From NCBI GenBank assembly GCA_965262615.1, contig OZ253545.1, forward strand, positions 1-64,000: a stretch of 64,000 nt of DNA, given 5' to 3'. How positions within the stretch are numbered: the stretch's first letter is position 1; every line of letters starts with the position of its first letter. This document shows positions 1 to 9,756 of the stretch, piece by piece. The position numbers and the translations under genes are program-made. This DNA comes from Alphaproteobacteria bacterium (lineage in GTDB: Bacteria; Pseudomonadota; Alphaproteobacteria; GM7ARS4; G965262615). The notes beneath the pieces are model-generated. The model had not been told where the DNA came from. It saw only the letters and a program-made list of their open reading frames with translations, and did not search any database.

Positions 1-3000
1 CCGCCACAACGCCAACCCCCACCTCCGATGCCAACTTCACACTGATGCGCGCGCGCTCATTCACATTCTTCAAATCAAAAATCAATTGAGCCAAATCCTC
101 AATGGAATAAATGTCATGATGAGGCGGCGGTGAGATCAAACCCACCCCCTTGACCGAATGGCGCACCCGCGCAATCACCTCATCCACCTTGTGACCGGGG
201 AGCTGTCCGCCCTCACCCGGCTTTGCTCCCTGACATATTTTGATCTGAATATCATCGCCATTGACCAAATAGTGCGCCGTGACCCCAAAGCGTCCCGATG
301 CCACCTGTTTGATGGCAGAGCGCATGGAATCACCATTGTCCATGGGCTCAAAGCGTTCGGCTTCCTCGCCGCCCTCGCCCGTGTTGGATTTACCCCCCAA
401 GCGATTCATCGCCACCGCCAGCGTGCTATGAGCCTCACGAGAAATTGAACCAAAAGACATCGCCCCTGTGGCAAAACGCCGCATCAACGATGTCTCCGAC
501 TCCACATCACTCAATGCAATTTTCTCGCGTTTGCTGGTAAATTCCAAAGCGCCGCGCAAAGTCAATAATTGGCGTTGCTGCTCATTGATGGCATCGGCAA
601 ACTGACGATACCGCTCATCGGATTCCCCACGCACGCCATGTTGCAATGAGGCAATGGTGTCAGGCGTCCAGACATGAGCCTCTCCCTTGATGCGAAAGGC
701 GTAATCACCCCCCACATCGTCCCATTCCTTTGCCGCAAACGCCGCCTCATGGCGACGCTTATTCTCATGGGCAATGCCCTGCAAATCCATGCCGGACAGA
801 TGACTCACCGTGCCTGTGAAAAATTCACGCACCACCGATTCATGCAATCCCACACAGTCAAATATTTGCGCCCCGCAGTAAGAGCGATAGGTGGCAATGC
901 CCATCTTAGACATGATTTTAAGCAAGGACTTTTCTAATGCCTGCACATAATTGCGAACCGCTTCTTGGACAGAGAGTTCCTTCTCCAGCCGTCCATCATG
1001 CCGCGCCAGCTGGCGCACCACACGCAAAGCCAGCCACGGATGAATGGCATCCGCGCCATATCCCGCCAGCAACGCCATGTGGTGAGGCTCGCGACACTCA
1101 CCGCTATCCACCACCAACGAGACACGGCAGCGCAATCCATGCCGCACCAAATGATGATGCACCGCCGCCAATGCCAACAAACTGGGCATGGCAATGGCAC
1201 GAGACGACACCGTCCGATCGCTCACCACAATGGTGCGCGCCCCGTGTGATGCCGCCTCATACGCTTGTTGCTGCAACGATGAAACCGCCGCCGCCAAATC
1301 GCCCTCATAGCAGCTGTTCACAATCACCGTGCCTTCATCCTTTTGCAATGATGCCCACAGCTCTTCCGTCAAAAAAGGCGATTCCAGCGTCATGATGGTG
1401 GTGTCCAAAGGCTCGCCGCACCACACATCAAGGCGTTTGCCCAAAAAACTTTTGAGGCTCATCACCAATGATTCCCTGATGGGGTCAATGGCAGGATTGG
1501 TCACCTGAGCAAATCGCTGTTTGAAATAATCAAACAACAGACGGGCTCTGTGTGATAACACCGCAGGGGGCGTGTCTGCTCCCATAGAGCCTGTGGGCTC
1601 GCCGCCTGTGGTCATCATGGGAATGAGATAAAAGGATTCATCCTCCCATGTGTACCCAAAGGCACTTTTGATGGCATCATCCAGTGGCTCATCGTTGTGT
1701 GTCACCTTTGTTGGTTTCAAAGGACGGGTGCATGATTCATACCATTGCCGCCACGCCTGCCGCTGCCGCAAATCGCTCATGATATCCTCGTGGGTGACGA
1801 TGGTGTTCTTTTGCAAATCCACCAGCATCATCTCGCCGGGTTTGAGTCTTCCTTTGCGCACAATGGACGATGATGCCAACGCCACGCCGCCCATCTCTGA
1901 CGACAACACCACCAGCCCATCCTGCGTCACATGATAGCGCACAGGACGCAAGCCATTGCGATCCAACACCGCGCCCACCAGCTCACCATCACAAAAAGCC
2001 ACCGACGCAGGACCATCCCACGCCTCCATTTTCAGAGCATGGTAGGCGGCAAAATAACGCCGTTCATCGTCAACGCTCATCTGCTCCCACACATCGGGAA
2101 TGAGCATCTTCATGCCATGAGGCAGGTCGTAGCCATTTTTCAGCAAAAGATCCAATGCCTCGTCCAAACAGGCAGAATCCGACAAAGAGTCATCACAAAT
2201 ATTAAACTCGCGCGCCCGCAACCAATGACGATTGCCACTCAATGTGTTAATCTCACCATTATGACACAACAAGCGAAACGGCTGTGCCAGCGACCACGAA
2301 GGAAAAGTATTGGTGGAAAAACGCTGATGCACCAACGCCACCGCAGTCTCATAGGCTTCATTGGTCAAATCCTCATAAAAAGGAGCAAACACATTGGCAA
2401 CCATCATGCCCTTATAAACAATGGTGCGAGACGAACACGACGCGATGTGAATATGGTTGTCTTGCTCAATGGCTTTCTCACAGTCTTTGCGTAGCCGATA
2501 CAAGTCTTGCTCTAATTCGTCACCGCTCTTTTGTGATGCCACAATACATTGCTCAATGCACGGCGACTCAAGACTTCCCAGCACATCATGATTCAATGGC
2601 GGCGCACGCCATGCCGCAATGGTGAGATGATGCTCTTGTGCCAATGAGGCAACCAAGTGTTTGAAGCGTTTTTGTTGTGCGTCATCATGAGGCATGAAAA
2701 TCATGGCAACGCCATAGTGTCCTTGTGCAGGCAGGCGATCGCCCAATTCATCCTTTAAGAGGCGATGGGGAATGTGAGTCAGCATGCCCACGCCATCGCC
2801 TTCATCGGGGTTTGCTCCCACTGCGCCGCGATGGGTCAAATTGCACAATAGCTCCAGCCCTTGACGCACAATCTTATGGGATGCCTTATTGTGCATCTGT
2901 GCCACAAAACCAATGCCGCACGAATCGCTCTCCCGTGACGGCTCATAGAGCGTCACGCCGCCGCGCCGCATGTGCTCGTGCAATGTCTGTGTATCCTCCA

Positions 3001-3004
3001 TCAT
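1..3004 (-). CDS. gltB: Glutamate synthase large subunit (5' part; runs off the left edge)
   Basis: Manual translation from 3004: MMEDTQ...LYEPSRESDSCGIGFVAQMHNKASHKIVRQGLELLCNLTHRGAVGANPDEGDGVG (GATase-II N-terminus). Absent from the ORF track, apparently because its stop lies outside the window; the + strand shadow ORFs all share one frame. Confidence 0.93.
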   Translation of the reverse strand, partial: MMEDTQTLHEHMRRGGVTLYEPSRESDSCGIGFVAQMHNKASHKIVRQGLELLCNLTHRGAVGANPDEGDGVGMLTHIPHRLLKDELGDRLPAQGHYGVAMIFMPHDDAQQKRFKHLVASLAQEHHLTIAAWRAPPLNHDVLGSLESPCIEQCIVASQKSGDELEQDLYRLRKDCEKAIEQDNHIHIASCSSRTIVYKGMMVANVFAPFYEDLTNEAYETAVALVHQRFSTNTFPSWSLAQPFRLLCHNGEINTLSGNRHWLRAREFNICDDSLSDSACLDEALDLLLKNGYDLPHGMKMLIPDVWEQMSVDDERRYFAAYHALKMEAWDGPASVAFCDGELVGAVLDRNGLRPVRYHVTQDGLVVLSSEMGGVALASSSIVRKGRLKPGEMMLVDLQKNTIVTHEDIMSDLRQRQAWRQWYESCTRPLKPTKVTHNDEPLDDAIKSAFGYTWEDESFYLIPMMTTGGEPTGSMGADTPPAVLSHRARLLFDYFKQRFAQVTNPAIDPIRESLVMSLKSFLGKRLDVWCGEPLDTTIMTLESPFLTEELWASLQKDEGTVIVNSCYEGDLAAAVSSLQQQAYEAASHGARTIVVSDRTVSSRAIAMPSLLALAAVHHHLVRHGLRCRVSLVVDSGECREPHHMALLAGYGADAIHPWLALRVVRQLARHDGRLEKELSVQEAVRNYVQALEKSLLKIMSKMGIATYRSYCGAQIFDCVGLHESVVREFFTGTVSHLSGMDLQGIAHENKRRHEAAFAAKEWDDVGGDYAFRIKGEAHVWTPDTIASLQHGVRGESDERYRQFADAINEQQRQLLTLRGALEFTSKREKIALSDVESETSLMRRFATGAMSFGSISREAHSTLAVAMNRLGGKSNTGEGGEEAERFEPMDNGDSMRSAIKQVASGRFGVTAHYLVNGDDIQIKICQGAKPGEGGQLPGHKVDEVIARVRHSVKGVGLISPPPHHDIYSIEDLAQLIFDLKNVNERARISVKLASEVGVGVVA

Positions 3005-3074
3005 TTGCCTTTGGTGTGTTCTCATTATAATATAAGAGATGGTAATCTATATCCAATGAAACAAAGAGACAACC

Positions 3075-4049
3075 ATGCGTTCAGAAAAATCTCACTGCCT
3101 TGAATTTTTTCGCGAGATTTTGCGTCTGGAGGCGCGCGGCGTGGACACCACCGCCGCCTCACTGGATGAATCCATTGAACAGGGCGTTGCCATCCTGCGG
3201 GCATGTGACGGGCGGGTGATTGTCACGGGGATGGGAAAAAGCGGACACATTGCGCGCAAAGTGGCAGCCACCCTGTCATCCACAGGCACGCCCGCACAAT
3301 TTGTCCATCCCGCCGAAGCGGGACACGGCGATTTGGGAATGATCACGCCGCATGATGTCATCCTCGCCCTGTCTCATTCGGGCGAGACTGCTGAACTCAT
3401 GCCCATTCTGGCTCATGCCAAACGCTTCTCCATCCCACTGGTGGGAATGGCGCGAGCGGGTGACCACAACTTATCGCGCGCGTGTGATTATCTGTTTGCC
3501 CTGCCATCTCTTACGGAGGCGTGTCCTCTTGGACTTGCACCCACCACCTCTTCCACCGTCATGCTGGCACTGGGCGATGCCATCGCTCTCACACTTTTGC
3601 AAAGCAAGGGATTTTCCCAAAAAGACTTTGCTCATATCCATCCGGGCGGCAAGCTGGGTGCGAACCTGCTGCATGTGGCGGACATCATGCATCCCACCGA
3701 CCAATGCCCCCTCATCACCCAAGACACCCCCATGAAAAATGCCCTCATCACGATGACGCAAAAACACTTTGGCTGTCTCGGCATTGTCAATGACAACAAT
3801 CATCTGCAAGGCATCATCACCGATGGCGACCTGCGCCGCCACATGGATGACCAATTCCTCCACAAAAAAGCAGGACAAATCATGACGCACAATCCCCTCA
3901 TGGCAACCACCGACCAATTCGCCTCACACGCCCTTGCCACGATGAATGAGCATCACATCACGGTGCTTTTTGTTTCCGCCACCCCTTCCTCTAAAGAGGT
4001 GGTGGGGCTTGTGCATATTCACGATTGTCTGCGGGCAGGCGTTGAATAG
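3075..4049 (+). CDS. kdsD: KpsF/GutQ arabinose-5-phosphate isomerase (SIS + CBS domains)
   Basis: GMGKSGHIARKVAATLSSTGTPA, HGDLG, EACPLGLAPTTS, HPGGKLG, C-terminal CBS pair. Confidence 0.93.
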   Translation: MRSEKSHCLEFFREILRLEARGVDTTAASLDESIEQGVAILRACDGRVIVTGMGKSGHIARKVAATLSSTGTPAQFVHPAEAGHGDLGMITPHDVILALSHSGETAELMPILAHAKRFSIPLVGMARAGDHNLSRACDYLFALPSLTEACPLGLAPTTSSTVMLALGDAIALTLLQSKGFSQKDFAHIHPGGKLGANLLHVADIMHPTDQCPLITQDTPMKNALITMTQKHFGCLGIVNDNNHLQGIITDGDLRRHMDDQFLHKKAGQIMTHNPLMATTDQFASHALATMNEHHITVLFVSATPSSKEVVGLVHIHDCLRAGVE

Positions 4050-4625
4050 GAGGGGTGATTTTCAACCGCAACACCCGCGTGGGGTGACAACGGGGTGACA
4101 ACGGATAACCTCAAACCTATAGAGTTGGTGGGTTTTGTTCATATTCACGATTGTCTGCGGGTAGGCGTTGAGTAGGAGGTGTGATTTTCAACTGCAACAC
4201 CCGTGGGGGTGACAACGGATAACCTCAAACCTATAGCCGTGAAACGAAAAAACCTGCCCCTTGCTGGGAAAAAGTTGAGTCAAACTCATCATCAATCTCG
4301 CCCACAATCTCTTAAAGAATTGGTGGGTTTTGTTCATATTCACGATTGTCTGCGGGCAGGCGTTGAGTAGGAGGCGTGATTTTCAACTGCAACACCCGTG
4401 TGGGGGTGACAACGGATAACCTCACTATAGCCGTGAAACGAAAAAACCTGCCCCTTGCTGGGAAAAAGTTGAGTCAAACTCATCATCAATCTCGCCCACA
4501 ATCTCTTCCCACAATCTCTTAAAGAGTTGGGGTGATTTTCAACTGCAACACCCGTGTGGGGTGACAACGGATGACCTCAAACCTATAGCCGTGAAACGAA
4601 AAAACCTGCCCCTTGCTGGGAAAAA
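3990..4625. repeat. Mosaic tandem array of the kdsD 3' end, the CNNM gene 3' end and an internal CNNM segment
   Basis: catattcacgattgtctgcggg occurs 3x; gtgattttcaac(c/t)gcaacaccc 4x; gttgagtcaaactcatcatcaatctcgcccacaatctctt 2x and also at ~4772-4810 inside the gene. Confidence 0.92.
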
Positions 4626-5763
4626 TGCGCGCCTCATGCACCAGCAAGCCGCCGATGGTGGCGGCATCCTCATCGGGCAGTGACCAGTCACAGTGACGAT
4701 TGAGATCCCGCACAGTCATGCCGCCCCACACCACCACCGAGCCATCCTTGCGCACTCTGATGGTTTGAGGCGTTGAGTCAAACTCATCATCAATCTCGCC
4801 CACAATCTCTTCCAGAATGTCCTCCAGCGTGACAATGCCCTTAAAGTCACCGTATTCATCCACCACCAACGCAAAATGCTCCTTGCGCTGACGAAACAAC
4901 TGCAATTGATGAAGCAAGGAAGTGGTCTCTGGAATGAACCACGGCTCTTTGAGGGCTTTGTCCAGAGACTGTTTGCGTCTGATGGCGCGCAACAATGCTT
5001 TCACATGCAAAACTTTGACAATGTTCTCTTCCTTATCCTGATACAAAGGAACGCGGCTATAGGCATTGCTGCTCACCAAATCAATAATGTCATTCATGGG
5101 CATGGTTTGGTCTAAGGCAAAAACATCTTGCCGATGCACCATGATGTCGGCGACATCCACATCATCCAAATCAAGAATGCTGCGCAGCATGACTTTTTCT
5201 TGGCGCGCCGATTGGTCGGTCTGAGCGTGCAGTTCAATGGCTCCCAGCAGTTCTTCTTCCTCGCTGTTGCTGGTGTCGGCACGGGGCCCTCGTCTCACCA
5301 TCCTCACCACGAAAGTCATCAAAAGCACGATGGGGGACAACAGACGCGTCAGCAACGCCACCAAAGGCGCAACCAACATGGCAGAACGCAACGGATGATG
5401 AATCGCCCAACTCTTAGGGACAAGTTCGGCAAAAACAAAAATGGTCATGGTCATGACGAATGTGGCAATCGCCAGCCCCGCATCACCAAACAGACGCAAA
5501 CACACACTGGTCGCCAGCACCGAGGCGGTGATGTTAAAGGCATTGTTGGCAAGAAGCAGCGCACCGATAAAGCGATCTTTGCTTTTTTGCAATTGTTCCA
5601 CCAACAGAGCGCGCCGCTCTCCTTCTTGTGCTTTTTTGCGCAAGCGCGAGCGCGAGGCAGCCGTGAGCGCCGTCTCAGAGCCTGAACAAAACGCCGATGC
5701 CAGTAGCAATGCCACAATCAACACCAAATCCAGCCATTCCTGCATCAGCCATGCCATCGTCAT
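4519..5763 (-). CDS. HlyC/CorC (CNNM, DUF21-CBS-CorC) membrane transporter
   Basis: SAFCSGSETALTA, AELVPKS, YSRVPLY, VVDEYG, TLEDILEEIVGEIDDEFD. Confidence 0.92.
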   Translation of the reverse strand: MTMAWLMQEWLDLVLIVALLLASAFCSGSETALTAASRSRLRKKAQEGERRALLVEQLQKSKDRFIGALLLANNAFNITASVLATSVCLRLFGDAGLAIATFVMTMTIFVFAELVPKSWAIHHPLRSAMLVAPLVALLTRLLSPIVLLMTFVVRMVRRGPRADTSNSEEEELLGAIELHAQTDQSARQEKVMLRSILDLDDVDVADIMVHRQDVFALDQTMPMNDIIDLVSSNAYSRVPLYQDKEENIVKVLHVKALLRAIRRKQSLDKALKEPWFIPETTSLLHQLQLFRQRKEHFALVVDEYGDFKGIVTLEDILEEIVGEIDDEFDSTPQTIRVRKDGSVVVWGGMTVRDLNRHCDWSLPDEDAATIGGLLVHEARIFPSKGQVFSFHGYRFEVIRCHPTRVLQLKITPTL

Positions 5764-6902
5764 GACAGTGATGCCTCCAAAAATTCATGCAAAAAAGCCA
5801 CAATCTCTTTTTCCGTATGACCTTCATGCACACGAGCAAAACCGATGCCATCACTCAAAATCAGCGTGACCGCGCCGCCTTTGTTTTTCTTATCAAAAGT
5901 CATGGCTTGCCACAAAGACTGTGGCAAAGACTGTGGCAACGATTTTTTTGTCGCCACAGCGCGCCGCCATGCCTCATCCAATTGCACATCGGCAATATGA
6001 CGCACCACCCTGTCTCTGTCATCGGATGAGCAGAGGTTCTTTTGATATGAGAACGCCATGGCGGCTTCCAATCCGCCTGCGACCGCCTCACCATGCAGCA
6101 GTGAGCCATCATAACCGCACACCGCCTCAAAGGCATGGCCGAAGGTGTGTCCCAAATTGAGAAGAGCCCGCCTGCCAGACAGCTCAAAAGGGTCATCCAT
6201 GACAATCTCTCGCTTCATGAGAATTCCTCGTTCAATGGCATGGCTGAGTGGCTTTGTCTCACGCGCCAGCACCGCCGCGCCATTGGTCTCCAGCCACGAG
6301 AAAAATGCCTCATCGCCCAACACGGCATACTTGATGAGTTCCGCATACCCCGCTTTCATATTCCGCTCATCAAGACTGTGCAGAAGAGAGATATCGGCAA
6401 TGACGGCGCGAGGTTGATAGAACAGCCCCACCAAATTTTTACCCTGAGCCGTGTTGATGGCGGTCTTGCCACCAATGGCACTGTCGGTTTGTGCCATGAG
6501 GGTCGTGGGATAGTGAATCAGTCGCACCCCACGAGCCAGCAGTGCGGCGGCAACGCCGGTGACATCCCCCACAACGCCGCCGCCCAACGCCACCATCACG
6601 CTGCGCCGCGAACAACCAAACGCCAGTGCCTCTTCACAAATGTTCCGCAGTGTGTCCCAGTTCTTGCTGGCTTCGCCTGCTGCCATCACATAACTGCCGC
6701 AGTGCAGACCACTTTGCTTCAAGGATTCCGACAAAGATGAGAGATAAAGAGGCGCGACATTGGCATCACTGACGATCAAAACACCCTCCACATCGTCAAT
6801 GCCTTGCCACAGCTTCGTGCCGCGCGTGAGCACATTCTCCCCCACAATAATGGGAGTCTCGCCTCCTTCGTGCGATAACAGATGAATTGTTGGCTCAGTC
6901 AT
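5760..6902 (-). CDS. aroB: 3-dehydroquinate synthase
   Basis: GGGVVGD, PTTLMAQTDSAIGGKTAIN, LLNLGHTFGHA, LLHGEAV; start placed at MTEPTIH, overlapping the aroK stop. Confidence 0.95.
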   Translation of the reverse strand: MTEPTIHLLSHEGGETPIIVGENVLTRGTKLWQGIDDVEGVLIVSDANVAPLYLSSLSESLKQSGLHCGSYVMAAGEASKNWDTLRNICEEALAFGCSRRSVMVALGGGVVGDVTGVAAALLARGVRLIHYPTTLMAQTDSAIGGKTAINTAQGKNLVGLFYQPRAVIADISLLHSLDERNMKAGYAELIKYAVLGDEAFFSWLETNGAAVLARETKPLSHAIERGILMKREIVMDDPFELSGRRALLNLGHTFGHAFEAVCGYDGSLLHGEAVAGGLEAAMAFSYQKNLCSSDDRDRVVRHIADVQLDEAWRRAVATKKSLPQSLPQSLWQAMTFDKKNKGGAVTLILSDGIGFARVHEGHTEKEIVAFLHEFLEASLS

Positions 6903-7416
6903 GATGCAAACGATTTGTAATGATGCGCGCAATGCCGTGACAATCGTCACGGTGGGTATCAATATGGTGATGAGCTTGGGTGTAGTGAGCCACACGCCGC
7001 CCGAGAAGCACCCGCAATTGATGATAGCGGCGCGCGCCTTGCAACAAAGGTCTGTTTCTCGCCGTGGTGCGAGAGACCAGCACAAAAGGCGGAGCTTTGA
7101 GCCATATCACTTCCCCATAAAGACGCGCCAGACGGCGCACATCGTCATGACAAAATGCCCCGCCCCCCAATGACACCACCGCCACACTGCCACGCAATCG
7201 CTTGAGACACGCCGTCACAAGACGGCGTTCCAGCAGCCGAAAATAACGCACCCCCCGATGGCGAAAGAGAAACGGAATGGAACGCTGTGTTGCGCTTTCA
7301 ATCATGGCATCACTATCCCACACGGCACATTCGTAGTGGCTCGCTAAAATTTTTGCCACTGTGGATTTGCCACTGCCCATCATGCCCACCAAAATGATTG
7401 TCTTCGCCCTTGACAT
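6895..7416 (-). CDS. aroK: Shikimate kinase
   Basis: LVGMMGSGKST, SLGGG, RPLL; directly upstream of aroB. Confidence 0.92.
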   Translation of the reverse strand: MSRAKTIILVGMMGSGKSTVAKILASHYECAVWDSDAMIESATQRSIPFLFRHRGVRYFRLLERRLVTACLKRLRGSVAVVSLGGGAFCHDDVRRLARLYGEVIWLKAPPFVLVSRTTARNRPLLQGARRYHQLRVLLGRRVAHYTQAHHHIDTHRDDCHGIARIITNRLHHD

Positions 7417-7446
7417 CGCATCCGTGTTGCGTCATGACACGCCATC

Positions 7447-7608
7447 ATGACACCCAGAGAACGCGCCGCTTTGAAAAAAATGATTCGCACCGCTCTCACC
7501 ATCGGACTGTGTGTTTATCTGGTGCTGTGGCTTTTGGTGGATATGAGTCCGCCGCAACAGCAGGTGACAGTCACGCTGCCATCGCATATTTTGGTTGAAT
7601 GGCAATGA
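7447..7608 (+). CDS. Small single-pass membrane protein (53 aa), divergent from aroK
   Basis: Manual translation MTPRERAALKKMIRTALTIGLCVYLVLWLLVDMSPPQQQVTVTLPSHILVEWQ*; one hydrophobic helix; fills the gap; below the ORF-track cutoff. Confidence 0.65.
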   Translation: MTPRERAALKKMIRTALTIGLCVYLVLWLLVDMSPPQQQVTVTLPSHILVEWQ

Positions 7609-7627
7609 TTCCATCACGCCCATCAAT

Positions 7628-8869
7628 CTATTCTATGGGCTTGAGAAGGAAATCAGGCAAGAAGCGTTCACCGGGCTGAACGGGAGCGGATGACTCTTGC
7701 GGTTTTGACTTTCTTTGAGACTGCTTCTTGTCTTGTGTGATTACCTCAAAGCGTTGTTTGCCGCGCGCGAGCAATGCTTCAATGGCTTCCACAAGTGAAC
7801 GCTCCCCTTGTGTGGCAAGGGTATAGGATTCTCCTTGCTTGCCTGCGCGCCCGGTGCGTCCACTGCGATGAATGTAATCTTCCGCATGGGTGGGAACATC
7901 ATTGAGAAAAACATGGGTGATTTCGGTGACATCAATGCCGCGCGCCACCACATCACTGGCGACCAACAACCGCACACTTCCTTGCCGAAATCCATCCAAA
8001 ATATCCATGCGCTGTTTTTGTTGCATGTCGCCGTGCAACGCCGCCACCTTGATGCCAGAATTTCGCAAATCGCGAGACAGACGCTCCGCCACCGCCGCAA
8101 TGTCCCGCTTGCGATTGCAAAACACAATGGCGCGCTCAATGGTGTGAACCGATCGCCGCACAATGGCACTCAACGCACGATTCTTGCCGCGCTCATCCAC
8201 CCATGTGAGATAATGCTTGACATCTTGAGAAGCACTGGACACAGGAGCAGCTTTCACCATTTTGGCATCAGCCATCACATCTTGAGTGAGGGTGAGAATG
8301 TCATCCGGCATGGTGGCGGAAAACAACAAAGTCTGACGGCGGGGCGAGACAAATGACAAAATCTCTCGCACATCGGGCAAAAAACCCATATCCAGCATGC
8401 GATCGGCTTCGTCAATCACCAGCAGCATAATGTCATGCAACATGACATTGCCGCGCCGCACATGATCCAACAGTCGCCCCGGGGTCACAATGAGCACATC
8501 AGGAGACGAACGCAACGCCTTGTGCTGCAAGGGAAAAGATTCACCGCCAATGAGCAAAGTGCTTTGCAAATCATGATGACATCCCAAAGTCGCCATGACC
8601 TCTTGCACCTGAGCGGCGAGTTCACGGGTGGGCTCTACGATGAGGGCGCGCGGCATGCGATTGCCGCCGCGATGACGCTCCAACATATCCAGCATGGGCA
8701 TGACAAACGCCGCCGTCTTGCCAGATCCCGTCTGTGCCAATGCCACCACATCACGACCCTGCAGCACATACGGCACAACCTTTTGCTGAATGGATGTGGG
8801 TTCATCGTATCCCGCCGCCTCAACCGCGTCCAACAGACGATCGCTGACGCCTAATAAATGAAAACTCAT
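7628..8869 (-). CDS. DEAD-box RNA helicase (RhlE-like)
   Basis: Q motif, AQTGSGKT, PTRELA, DEADRMLDMGF, SAT, ARGID, HRSGRTGRAG. Confidence 0.93.
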   Translation of the reverse strand: MSFHLLGVSDRLLDAVEAAGYDEPTSIQQKVVPYVLQGRDVVALAQTGSGKTAAFVMPMLDMLERHRGGNRMPRALIVEPTRELAAQVQEVMATLGCHHDLQSTLLIGGESFPLQHKALRSSPDVLIVTPGRLLDHVRRGNVMLHDIMLLVIDEADRMLDMGFLPDVREILSFVSPRRQTLLFSATMPDDILTLTQDVMADAKMVKAAPVSSASQDVKHYLTWVDERGKNRALSAIVRRSVHTIERAIVFCNRKRDIAAVAERLSRDLRNSGIKVAALHGDMQQKQRMDILDGFRQGSVRLLVASDVVARGIDVTEITHVFLNDVPTHAEDYIHRSGRTGRAGKQGESYTLATQGERSLVEAIEALLARGKQRFEVITQDKKQSQRKSKPQESSAPVQPGERFLPDFLLKPIE

Positions 8870-8901
8870 GAAGCCATTGTAAGGGAAAAAAAACAAAATA
8901 A

Positions 8902-9756
8902 AAAGTCTCTTGCAGAGTATCTTTTTAAGTGACAGCATAAAATCATGCCCAAAACTCTATTACCAGCGACCGAGAGTGTCACCCATCATGAGTGGCTGAT
9001 GCGCCCCTACACACAAGATGCCGTCAATGTTCTCATGACGCAGCAATCCATCTCACGGAAGGTGGCACAATTAAAGTCTCTTGCAGAGTATCTTTTTAAG
9101 TGACAGCATAAAATCATGCCCAAAACCCTATTACCAGCGACCGAGAGTGTCACCCATCATGAGTGGCTGATGCGCCCCTACACACAAAATGCCGTAAATA
9201 CTCTCATGACACAGCAATCCATCTCACCGGAGGTGGCACAATTAAAGTCTCTTGCAGAGTATCTTTTTAAGTGACAGCATAAAATCATGCCCAAAACCCT
9301 ATTACCAGCGACCGAGAGTGTCACCCATCATGAGTGGCTGATGCGCCCCTACACACAAAATGCCGTAAATACTCTCATGACACAGCAATCCATCTCACCG
9401 GAGGTGGCACAATTAAAGTCTCTTGCAGAGTATCTTTTTAAGTGACAGCATAAAATCATGCCCAAAACCCTATTACCAGCGACCGAGAGTGTCACCCATC
9501 ATGAGTGGCTGATGCGCCCCTACACACAAAATGCCGTAAATACTCTCATGACACAGCAATCCATCTCACCGGAGGTGGCACAATTAAAGTCTCTTGCAGA
9601 GTATCTTTTTAAGTGACAGCATAAAATCATGCCCACAACCCTATTACCAGCGACCGAAAGTGTCACCCATCATGAGTGGCTGATGCGCCCCTACACACAA
9701 GATGCCGTCACCGCCCTCATGACGCAGCAATCCATCTCACGGGAGGTGGCACAATT
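8902..9756 (+). repeat. 5 x 171-bp tandem direct repeat of the recJ promoter region and first ~42 codons
   Basis: Units start aaagtctcttgcagag at 8902, 9073, 9244, 9415 and 9586; the fifth runs into recJ. Confidence 0.96.

Noticed and set aside
1-3004. Apparent ORF-poor region or gltB pseudogene
   Set aside because: It appears to be one open minus-strand frame leaving the window; the short ORFs listed are its shadows. Spot-checked rather than translated end to end.
3990-4625. Possible CRISPR array
   Set aside because: No constant repeat with unique spacers; every block derives from the flanking genes; no cas genes in the window.
5908-5938. 12-bp in-frame tandem duplication in aroB (SLPQSLPQSL)
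   Set aside because: Real but small, and probably a neutral loop insertion.
8902-9756. Possible DGR template/variable repeats or MITE array
   Set aside because: No reverse transcriptase in the window, differences are not confined to adenines, and there are no terminal inverted repeats.
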